A stretch of DNA of 64,000 bases from Antedon mediterranea (taxonomy: Eukaryota > Animalia > Echinodermata), in assembly GCF_964355755.1 (NCBI RefSeq), contig NC_092671.1, positions 5,332,001 to 5,396,000 of the forward strand, in the 5' to 3' direction. Below are positions 1-11,423 of the stretch, in pieces. The translations under genes and the position numbers were made by a program. How positions within the stretch are numbered: position 1 is the stretch's first letter; each line of letters starts with the position of its first letter. The notes under the pieces are model-generated. The model was not told where the DNA came from, ran no database searches, and worked only from the letters and a program-made list of their open reading frames with translations.

Positions 1-659
1 TAAAGCTGGTTTATTTAATAATCAAATAATAAGAATGTAGTTTTGTTGGACAAAACCAAAAAAAAATAAAAACAATACTGATTACAATATGAAACAACAA
101 AGATATACATGTGTTTTCTGATAGAATGTTAACTGCCATGTTATGAACAGGAAGGTCAGTCACAGCCAAATGTCTGCTGCTATAATAACTGGCAACTTGT
201 CCCCTGGCTAATTAAAAAGGCTACTTTATCCATTTCTAAATTAACACGGTTCTATGTTGTCATGTTGTATAAACGGGCCCTAACTGAGTACTCGGAGGAT
301 AATCTACAAGTGCTGTATCAAGTAAGTAAAAAGTACTGCTCATGTTGCATGTGGGAAATTCAGTGCAAGAATTTGTCAACTCCCTGTTCAGTGTGTGTTG
401 TGTATATACTGACATTGCCATACTCTCAACTACAACTATGAAAGTTTGGTATAGCTATGGAAGGCATATTGTAAAAAAATGTGATTCTGAAACAGGTTTG
501 AAGAGAAGAGAAATAAAAAATGTATGCCTGTCAAAGTAGCCAACTGTATGGTTCCAAAGTCTTTTGTGCAGAAAGTTTTTGGGAACTGGGCATTATAATA
601 TAATTACTGCTATTCTAACCCTGGCTCATACAGGTAACGATAGGTAAGATCATTCTTAC

Positions 660-3600
660 CTTTGACATATGGCATATAACCATGAACACGGCACCAGACC
701 ATTATCTGCTTCGTTGTCCAGACATCCTTCAGATTGAATGTACTGTTCTTTGCATCTGATATGAGCTTCTTGACATTTTCTTTGATTGCCACTGCTCTCT
801 GCCATTCACATGCCTTCCTCTTGATGATGTGCCAGGACTGAAACTGCTCCAAGGACGGCGCACAAAACGGGAATATTGTAGGATCTGAAAATAAAAAAAT
901 AAATACATAATTTTGCTTTGTACGGTTAAAATAATATTTAATTGCAGACCACATAATGCCAGTAAAACAATGCTGCAGACAAAGGATTAAACATGTTTGA
1001 TTGAGTCTGTTCAAGTACTGTATGTCATATTATAAAGATATTGCCTTGTCATGAGGGGAATAGTACAATCTACTGCACCCAGTTAATCCAAATACCAGAG
1101 CTTACTAGAGTGCTATCTTCCTGATATTGGTATTATAAAATATGTAACTATATTTTTTTTATCGAACAGATCACAGAGATATTATAGTGATAATATCTCT
1201 ATGATTAGATTAAACTCACCATTAGTACCGTTTATCATTGGTATTCTTTTCACAACTGCTTTTACAAGGTTTTCCATCGATGAAACTTCCTTAAGATCAA
1301 TTCCTTTCTTTGGCGGTATCTCAATTGTTTTTTCCAACCTCGAACTGTGCTTAGACTTTGAGGCTGTTGTAGTGATCCCAGATATGCCAAGGGCTTGATG
1401 GCTTACGACCTGTTGCACAAGTTGTTGGCTCAGGAGTTTCGGTTCTTGTTTTACAGGAGTAAGAATAAATTTCTTAAGGAAATCTTGTTTGACTACACTT
1501 GCACCTTTTGATGTGCTAGCTCCAGATGATGTAGATGCAGTAGTTGCTGAGCTTAAAGCTATTCCAGAAAGGGCATCTGAGCCAATAGTCAACACTGGTT
1601 GTTTACCACTGGTGTCAACTAGGCTAGCTTTTGGAAATGAACTACTTAATGAAGGGAGACAAGACTTGCCACCAACTACTGTCAAGCCTTGAAGTTTCAT
1701 CACATTACCTGTGTCTTGAACTTTCTTAGGGAGAGCTGACCTTATGACTCCACTTTCCTTCACAACTCCGATTTGACCAGTTATGAGAGAAACACCTTTA
1801 GATGAAATTACCTTTGTCACCTGTGTATCGCCTTGGCTTGATGAATTTGAAGATTTAGGTGCTGCAATGACAATGCTCTGTCCTGTTGTCGGCAGTGCTG
1901 ACTGTCCAACCGTGACCATTGTCTTTGTGGATGTACTGGGTGAATGGATAGGTGAAGATACCTTCTGGGTTAGAATTGGAATATGATGAGCTATTTTGAC
2001 TTGTGCCATTCCACTAGCTGCTTGTTGACGTGAACCAGAGCTTCTCTGTACAAGAACAACACCTCCTGACTGAGTTCGTACAAGCTGACCCTTTTGATCT
2101 GGTAGTATATTCACACCCTGAGTTTTTGGAAGAGTTTGGCTCTGTATTGCACCTGTTTTATGAGTTCTTTGTACTTGTATGAGACCAGTGGCAGGAGTTG
2201 CCAATTTTGGTGCTGCTTGTTTAGGGCTTGCACTCTTTACAGGAATAGAAGGAGTCTTCTGTTTTGCTTGAACTACGGTTGCTTTATTCCCTTGTGTCGG
2301 AACTTGCTGAATTTGAACAATACTTCCAGAAGGTAAAGGTGGGACTATAGATCCTTGTGGCAGTATTAGGACATTACTAGGTGATAGAAAAGGTCCTTTA
2401 GAACTTCCTCCAGCTGCCTTCTTGACAGGTGTTCCAGACTTTACAGTCTGTGGATTCTTGTTAGCTGGTGGACGACCTGCCATTTTACCTCCTGTTGTCT
2501 TCTGCTGAGCAGATGCTTGTGAAAACACCTGCTGTGGTATTAGTATCACCTTGCCTTGTAGATTAGGATCTGAAGATGTAGCAGTTATGTAATACTGAGC
2601 TCCAGGAGGAGGTTGTGTAATGGCTACTTGAGCACCACTTCTCTTGCCCTGAGATCCTCCTTGAACTTTTTTGACAGCTGTAACAATTGTAGGCTTATCA
2701 GAGGTTGAAATTTGAGACAGGATCTGAGTAGAGGTAGAGGGTATATGAGATGCCACAGACTTGACTGGATTGGAAACATTTGAAGGTGTAACTATTGTCT
2801 TTGTAACAGAAGTCAATGGAGAAGAAACAGTTGTTGAAGGTAAAATCTTTCCTTGAATATCCTCATTTCCTCCATCTTCAGTATTGGACACAACCTTTCC
2901 ATGTTGGATTCTAATTGCCATTTTTCCTGGAGAGGTCTTTGAAGCTACTTCTGCTACATTTACTGCACCCGAAGACCCATCTTCTAATTCTTCAAGAATC
3001 TTAGATTCTACGCTAAGGATGTCAGTCTTTTCTGCAATCTTTCCTGTCCGTATTACGGATGATTGTGAAACTCTTAATCCACTTGTAATAGGTCCAAGAG
3101 GTGGCATAGTCCTTGTTGTGGAGGTAGATGGAATAGAGGTTAACAATTTCAAATCATCAGAAGATCCACTGATAGGTAAACTTGAAGAATCTGTTTCCAA
3201 AGGAACTGCTAAAACCTCTTTCTTTTTTTCTGGAGTAACAGTACTCTTCTTTTCACTACTACTACTACTAACAGAATCTTCCTCTTGCTTTGTAGTCTTT
3301 TTCGTTGCAGTAGATGTTACTAAAGTGGTGACTGATGATTCTAGATCAGAATCCGTTCCAAGATTGTCTATTAGTTTATCAAGTGCTTCTTTCCTAGCTT
3401 TCGAAACTTCTGGACTTACAGGCAGACTGGAAGATTTCTGACGTACAGGTGTTGTGGAAGTAGATTGACTTGGGGTACTGGGTCTAGACAAAGGGATCTG
3501 TGGTTTGGTTCCTTCTCTGTAATTCACATTTGTGATGGCTGGGGAGGCAGGTCTTGGAAAATCATTAGATCCATTATCATCAGTTAGATACCTGTCCAAT

Positions 3601-6600
3601 TCAACATCAACGATCTACAAGCAACAAAATTAGTATTTCAAAGGAAATAATCCAAATAATTTCATAGCTAAGTATGAAAGTTATAATAAGTGCCTTATTA
3701 ATAGAGGTCTCCACTAATATGGGTTTCCCAAAGAACAGGTTCTACTGTAATAAATATAAACATTTTTTCTTACCGTTTCTGCACCGAGAGTTTGCAGACC
3801 AGTGTAGGTACGATCAAGCTGCAAAAAATAAGATATATTTTTTTATGTTTTTTTCTTCTTCTTTCCACTAACTAAAGAACTGATCAAAATGTGTTAACTT
3901 ACAAATTTTATAAGAGAAATTATCAAAATACTTTTTAGATTTACCTTGATTTGATGAATGATATCAACTTTTTTATTACGAGGATCAACAAAGTGAAGTT
4001 GAATACGAATGGGAAATTCTCCCCAGCCTCGACGAGTAAGATGAAAAGGTGGTTCCCTGAAAAAGAGAGAAAGGTATTTAACAATTGTTTTATTTGTTAT
4101 TTTAATCAACCACTCACTTTTTATAATAAATATTTTAGCAAAGTTCTGCTAATAAGCTATATATCCAGTGAACACATATTAAAAAGTCCAACAACTTGCA
4201 ACTTGAGAAAACCTTTTATAATTATGTATATTGTATATTAAAGTTATTAATTATTATAAACTCTGTCTATTTGTCCTTTCAATCAAAAAGTACAAATAGA
4301 CAGTAATAATAGTATATTTAAAAAATACACAAAATAATGTTTCTATTGCTTCTTACTTGACTTCCACTAAATCATTTGGTCTGTAACTTGGATGCAAGAA
4401 AAACCAAACTTTCTTTACAAAATGGTCGATACTAGGTTCATTGGAAGGACCTCTGACATATACCATCCACTTGTGAGTGGACGGATCACTGTCTTCTCTT
4501 TGATCAGCTGATATATATCTAAAAAATAAGCAGAATCTTCATTATCATCAATGTAATTTTCACAATCAACATGATGGAACTAGGCCTACTAGAAAGCCTA
4601 CTTAAGACAGTGGCTTTGTGTTGACTAGTACACCGGGGTAACTCTTTACTAGTCTCGAAAGATGCACTAGGTTCTTTAAAGTGCATATGAGGCAGATGTG
4701 GACCTACATCGTATAGTCTTTATCCAAGAAGACTCGTTCTACTATCAGAACCATGGAGCAGGTGATACTCGAAACCTTGCTGATATACAGTAGAGCTATG
4801 TATTACGGTTCAACTGTCTTAACCGGGTTAGCCACTCACTCGATTACATTGTCTAAAGCTCTGTTAGCACTATCAAACTTTCTTTGACAACAAAATGTGA
4901 TGTGCCTATATATGAACATGAGGATGTCATATCACTACAATATTTGTGCATATCACTACCATATTTGGGCACATCACACTTTTTTGACTAACTTGTTTGA
5001 TAGTGTAGACAGAGCTTTAGATGAACACACATCATTCATCAAGGTATGGTAATCCTTTGGGTTTTATTTAGTAGTCAGCCACTACTCCAGATTTACCTGC
5101 CTATTATTGGTCTTTTCTCATTTGTAAAATGTTTGTTTCATCCTATTAAAATTGATGAACTTCATCTCCCTCTATAATATGGTTCTTAGTCATGTACTAT
5201 CCTTAGAAGTGGATCTATGACAGTTCCTGCTGTTGTTAACGACAGATATTGCGATTCTTTTGTTGCTAAGGGTATTTTCTTCTTTAATGAAGTAAATAGT
5301 AACTTGTTATGCTTAGCCCTTTCTCTCTGCTATTTAATTGTTCTTTTTAAATTGTTATATCTCTTTATTTTTACAGTATGTATGTTTGATTGGAAGCGTT
5401 TGTAATCCCTTTGGATTGTCAGCGACAAGAAAGTGTCTTATGTCTATGTTTTATTAACAACCAGCTAGCTTACTTTGATACGTTACCAACGATGATTCTC
5501 TTTCTGACGTCATACCGGAATCCTTCCCGTTGAAGAGGTACGTTAATCACATCCTCCTGCTATAAATAAACAAACATTTTAGACAATGCATAACAAAGAG
5601 AGAAAATAAAGGAAAACTATTTGTACAACAATGTCATAAATTAACAGCAACAAATCTATTTATAAGGAAGCATCAATTTAAAAACAGCGTTAGATTTATT
5701 ATTTTTTTTATTCAGCTGATTTTTTTGCCAAGAAAAAAAAATACTACTGGGTCTACATCTTAAATAAAAATAGAGGGTGCTATTAAAAAATCACTGATGT
5801 GTGCAAAACATGAAATTTCAATTATAAATAACACTATGATAATTACAATTATTCATTATCTATTTTAAATAAAAAATTATGATGCAGTGAATGAAGAAAA
5901 ACAACAAAAAAAGGCGAATATTCTGACATTTTCTGGCTTTTATTAGGCCTTACATTAACACCTTTTACATTAATTGTATGCAACTGTTTTCTTTACCTTT
6001 TCTGAGTTTTGTGCTGTCTCTTCTACTTCCATCTCATTGGTCTCCGTGTTGACCCGACTTAAGATTTCCGAGTCAGGTGTCGAGCGTTCTTCATTAGATG
6101 TCTTTTTATCGTTTCCCGTTGGTGGCGCTGTTGGTTCCGAAAGTTGCCTCATAACTCTCTTAATGGCTGGGTGATTCATATCAACTTTTGATTGTTTGCT
6201 TTTCTGCAAGAAAATTTGGTTAAACTTCATAAACCCACTGTGGTGGTGATGTGTAAACAGTATACAACCTGCTAAGGGGCAGACTGTTCCATTTTTTATT
6301 CAAGGGGTGTCCACATTCTGGGAATAATAATGGTAGTTATAGCGTGTATGAAGGTAGGGTTCTCACAAAATAGACTGAAATAACCAGGGGTTGAATTAGT
6401 GCTACAAGTATGGCAAATTTCTTTGTGCTATTCAATTGGTCACATTATCAAACTTTATATGAAAAAAAATTGTGATGTGCCCATATATGGACATGATGAA
6501 GTCATATCACTAGCATATTTGGGTACATCACACTTTTTTTGTCAAACTAGTTTGATAGTGTAGACAGAGCTTTAATTTTCAATTGTTTAGCGGAAAATTA

Positions 6601-7564
6601 ATCTCAATTCTCAGGACATAGTTTAGATTAAAAGTAAAGGGTCTTTGATATTTGGGAGCTTTTAGGTTCATCCAACATGTGATGGATCCATTCTAGTGTA
6701 CTTGTCGTTGTAAAGTATCAATTCAATCCATCACATGGTTTGATATTATTCGGTAATAACACATTTATAAAAGATTGTTAAAAATAAAATGTTAAAAATA
6801 ATATGCCTTATTATTACGAACTAACTGAATGACATACTCACCTCTGATTGTGTATGGCTTCTTATGTTGCCATAGTAATTAGCAACAACACATGCTCTTA
6901 GTTTATCCAGCATCACTCGCACTTGATGAATTCTCTGGAAAATAAAATTGATAAAAAAAAACTGTAAAAAAAAAGAATATCGCACCATATTTTGTCACAG
7001 ACTTTTGTCTGCAATGGGTCCTCTTACATTTTGTTACGGTCAACCTTACTCTAATAACTACAATATTTGACTGTAGTAGATCAATCCGGAATCTACCATT
7101 AAACTACTGTGCAATAAAACATTTATCGCTGACCTAACATCTTTGAACTTTGACCTACCTCATCTATCAGTTCAATTTCCTTTTCTTTCTGCTTTGCTTC
7201 GATAGCAAACTGCTTCTTTATTATACATTCAATCTTTTTTACAGTCATTTCTCGGGCAGCTGAAAGAAATCATTTATATATGCTTTTTAAGTGATACACT
7301 AAAAAGTAAAAGTATTTAAAAAGTGGAACATCACTTACAATTGTGTTAGATACAAAATGTGTCAACAAATGTTCACAATCTATTATAAAGACAGAAAATA
7401 TTACCAAAAAGGGGTAAAAAAGCACAGTATAAGACATAAAAAGATTTACCATCTTCCTCTTGTATTCTGGGTTTCTTGCTTGGTGATGCAGTTGCTGGGG
7501 CATCTTCATAGTCTGGGTCCTGGTCACCCTCAACCTTTCTCTTAGTTGCAACTCCAGGTCTCAT
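660..7564 (-). CDS. YEATS2: YEATS domain-containing protein 2 (ATAC complex subunit); 3' end runs off the window
   Basis: Phase-consistent exons: 7564-7450, 7259-7159, 6934-6842, 6203-5997, 5559-5474, 4518-4357, 4056-3945, 3818-3774, 3614-1220, 884-660. Spliced protein has [34 protein letters not shown], the YEATS domain ([80 protein letters not shown]) and C-terminal [17 protein letters not shown]. Confidence 0.95.
4545..4842 (-). mobile_element. tRNA-derived SINE, decayed
   Basis: Minus strand starts cgagtgagtggctaacccggttaagacag (A-box-like), then ggtttcgagt (B-box-like). Body ggataaagactata..gcactttaaagaacctagt..ttaccccggtgt is shared with the copy at 46130-46382. Confidence 0.6.
4857..5016. 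mobile_element. MITE family A (Harbinger/Tourist-like), copy 1
   Basis: Consensus TIR AGCTCTGTCTACACTATCAAACT..AGTTTGATAGTGTAGACAGAGCT; flanks TAA/TTA; nine copies in the window. Confidence 0.8.
6441..6571. mobile_element. MITE family A, copy 2 (left end truncated)
   Basis: Core tgtgatgtgcccatatatggacatgatga..cacatcacac and intact right TIR. Confidence 0.75.
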
Positions 7565-7710
7565 GATTGGTGATTAGTTTGAATAGGCTAGACCTACCTA
7601 GGCTTATTCAAATTCCACCATCTGAAATCAACAGTACACAATGTCCAGCATGCATGTTACACACAGCAGGCAGCAGAGGGGGTACCGTATGTACAGTATT
7701 CTATATTTAA

Positions 7711-8255
7711 AGATGTATTGTCCCTTTGACAAATTCCAAAATTTATTTTTTTTTATATTTCGAAAAAAAGTAGGTCATTTTGAAGTATCATAATAGTTAT
7801 TAACTGTCACCAAAAATTAGTTGAAAAAAAAATAATTTAACCAAAATACGGACATTTTTTTGTTCAAAAAAAAACTTTGACTTCCAGTCAAAGTTTTCGA
7901 TCAAAACATATCTCATAATGCAGCACGCTTGTTTGGCTACTCTGTATGCATAATCATAAAACTTCCTCGCGATCTGTGTGAAAACACATTCTCAACCCCT
8001 ACGAGTTGTAAACAATCCTATTTAGCATCATGCATAATGCATACTCGTGGTTTGAAATCTTTGTTTACTTTCGCTCGTGATGATTTTCCAGACAAAATGT
8101 AATCAAATTAATTTACCTGATAATTACGTAAACTTGTTGTTTTTGCCTCAAATTTTCGACTTAAAGTGAATAACTTTAATATTACTTGATATGGCCAATT
8201 TAAATTTAGAATGTTTTTTTTTTTCATTTTTTGTGTTTCAAGGGACAATACATCT
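7711..8255. mobile_element. Non-autonomous Kolobok-like DNA transposon (545 bp)
   Basis: TIR AGATGTATTGTCCCT / AGGGACAATACATCT flanked by TTAA at 7707-7710 and 8256-8259; 5'-RR termini; no ORF. Confidence 0.75.
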
Positions 8256-8899
8256 TTAATTAAATTAGTTACCTAAATAATAATTAACAACTTTCAACAA
8301 AACAATACAGTTATTTTAAAAATTATAATATTCTTTTCTCTATAATTTAAAAATGGTCACTCCTCAAACAGTTGTCTAAAACAGCGACCTAGGCCCCACA
8401 TAGAAACTTATAAGCCACGCGTGTTTGGATTGAGCAAGGCGAGAAAACGATTTTCTTCCTGTGCCGGAAAATGCGATACACTCTGATGTTTATGTGGCCA
8501 AGCCTAGCCAAGAAGAGATATACATAGTTTATTGCTTACCTAAAATCAGTGCTTGGATTATTGTCTATGTAGACTATAACCTAATAAAAACTTCACGTAC
8601 TTTCCATCTCAATTTAAAAACAGAAATGTATTGATTCTTTCCTTTCTCTCTGCTGGGTTTATTTATTTTTTTCCGCATGCTATTTCTGATTCTCGGTGTA
8701 GCTATTGACACGGTGATTTTCTATCGGCACGGCTGCCGAAGTCCTTGTTATATTAATAATATATACAGTAGGCTGCTAAATTGTCCTTTCTATAGTTAGT
8801 TTAGGCCCATTACATAATCAAAATTTACTTCTGATCATATTATTATAAAATTAATGTACGCATCATCATATCGTAACTGTATATTATCATTCAACATTA

Positions 8900-9250
8900 T
8901 TTTAGTCATCATCAGAATCAGCAAAACTGATCATAGCATGATATGATGCGCTTCATCAATAGAATCATTTTAATTTATAATTATAATATCTGCCCCCAAC
9001 CATGGAGTTATAGCCTACCTCCATGCTCCAACATTGTCATTCAGCATCACCGATAACAGCAAGCTCATCAACATTCAGGGCCATTGTCATATAATACTCA
9101 TTATCAATATTAGGCCTACAACATTATCATCCTCCCATCATCATCATTAGGCCTATTATCACCATAATCATCATCACATCATCATCATTATAATCATCAT
9201 CCTCACAATCATAATCATAATCATCATCATTAACAGTCTATCAGCAGCTT
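8900..9250. repeat. Degenerate (ATC)n microsatellite / low complexity
   Basis: Runs of atcatcatc and ataatcatc. Confidence 0.7.
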
Positions 9251-9875
9251 ATCAATCCTTCAACATTAGATTAAAAAATAATTTCTGAAAAAAAGCGACA
9301 ATACCGTAATATTTCAAAGCCACATAAGTTTATTTTATTACAAAACAGCCTATAACGACTGCGAACAAGTACAGTAGGCCTACGCGATGTGTCAAATAAA
9401 TTGCGATGAGCATGTTGGACACGAACGCCGTACAGTTTTCTCTTTTAGACCTATTCGGGGACCCTGGGTGTCTATATGGATTATAATTATGCAAACTTAT
9501 ATTTTTGTAATATACAGATTGCAATAAGTGGGGAAACGTTCAGTGAAACTAACGAGTAGCATGGGACACAGCCCTACAGGGGACACTCTAAGGGGCGGTG
9601 GGGAGATTGGTGTCAACTAGCTCTCTATATCCGATACAATTTATATAATATTCAAAAGGCCTGCTTTTGATTTATATCCGGTTAAAACCAATAATGCAAG
9701 ATTTGTTTCATCAATAAGCTATCATTAGTCTTCTTAAAACCTTGGCTATGTTTCCAAATCTATAAATGTTCAGATAAATTATTATGACTACCACTAAAAC
9801 CTCATTAGTAAGAACAACATACGTTTCACAGATCTATTTATTTATGCACTGTCACACTGACAGGTTTTTCTCTGT

Positions 9876-11097
9876 GAATGTTCGGCAATGCGAACTGATA
9901 TTCGGCAATTCGAACTCATGTTCGGCAATGCGAATGTTCGGCTATGTAAACTGATATTCAGAAATGCCAACTGATGTTCGGCAATGCCAACAGATATTCG
10001 GCAACGCCAACTGATATTCGGAAATGCAAACTGATATTCGGCAATGCGAACTAATGTTCGGCTATGTAAACTGATATTAAGAAATGCCAACTGATGTTCG
10101 GCAATGCCAACTGATATTCGGCAACGCCAACTGATATTCGGAAATGCGAACTGATGTTCGGCAATGTAAACTAATGTTCGTCAATGCGAACTAATGTTCG
10201 GAAACTAATGTTCGGCAATGCCAACTGATGTTTGGCAATGCAAACTGATGTTCGCCAACTAATGTTTGGCAATGCCCACTGATGTTCGGCAATGCAAACT
10301 GATGTTCGGCAATGCGAACTGATGTTTGGCAATGCGAACTAATGTTCGGTTATGTAAACTGATGCCCGGCAATAATTATGTTCGGCAATGTAAACTGATG
10401 TCCGGCAATGCGAACTGATGTTCGGCAACTAATGTTCGGCAATGCCAACTGATGTTCGGCAATGCAAACTGATGTTCGGCAATGCGAACTGATGTTCGGC
10501 AATGCAAACTGATGTTCGGCAATGCGAACTGATGTTTGGCAATGCGAACTAATGTTCGGTTATGTAAACTGATGCCCGGCAATATGTTCGGCAATGTAAA
10601 CTGATGTTCGGCAATGCAAACTGATGTTCGGCAATGCGAACTGATGTTTGGCAATGCGAACTAATGTTCGGTTATGTAAACTGATGCCCGGCAATAATTA
10701 TGTTCGGCAATGTAAACTGATGTCCGGCAATGCGAACTGATGTTCGGCAACTAATGTTCGGCAATGCCAACTGATGTTCGGCAATGCAAACTGATGTTCG
10801 GCAATGCGAACTGATGTTCGGCAATGCAAACTGATGTTCGGCAATGCGAACTGATGTTTGGCAATGCGAACTAATGTTCGGTTATGTAAACTGATGCCCG
10901 GCAATATGTTCGGCAATGCCAACTGATGTTCGGCAATGCAAACTGATGTTCGGCAATGCGAACTGATGTTTGGCAATGCAAACTAATGTTCGGTTATGTA
11001 AACTGATGCCCGGCAATATGTTCGGCAATGTAAACTGATGTCCGGCAATGCGAACTGATGTTCGGCCACTATGTAAACTGATGTTCGGTAATGGAAA
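9876..11097. repeat. 20-bp minisatellite (AACTGATGTTCGGCAATGCV)n with a 322-bp higher-order duplication
   Basis: Period 20 is visible at 10441-10520; near-identical blocks start at 10376 and 10698. Confidence 0.95.
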
Positions 11098-11423
11098 CTC
11101 CTGATTGGCAAAATTCTTGCAAAGCATTCGATATACCTGTCTTTATACGTCCACATAATCTTCAAGTTACCGTCCTGATTATTTTATGTAGGCCTATTTA
11201 CCAACATACCATGTTTATTGATTTTTAGAATAATTGGTATATTATTTATTACGTAAAATAAAGATTATTGAAATCTCGAGTATCTTCAATATGGGCCGAA
11301 ATGCTAAAATTTTTCTCTCAGTTTCTGAGTCCTTTATTGTGTCTCGTTATTTGTATCAATTAAATTCAGTAATTCACCTCAGTGATCACTTTGAGATGTA
11401 CAGTATAACGTCATATAACGTCA

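Noticed and set aside
610-659. YEATS2 ending at the stop at 610-612
   Set aside because: A strong donor (AAAG|gtaag) lies at 660/659 and the expected C-terminal histone-fold region is missing, so the gene most likely continues outside the window.
1201-3441. Plus-strand ORFs up to 185 aa
   Set aside because: Antisense shadows of the large YEATS2 exon.
9876-11097. CRISPR-like array or repeat-protein ORFs (MPNISSHCRT...)
   Set aside because: Units are contiguous with no unique spacers, there are no cas genes, and the context is eukaryotic. The 20-bp period shifts frame, so the ORFs are artefacts.
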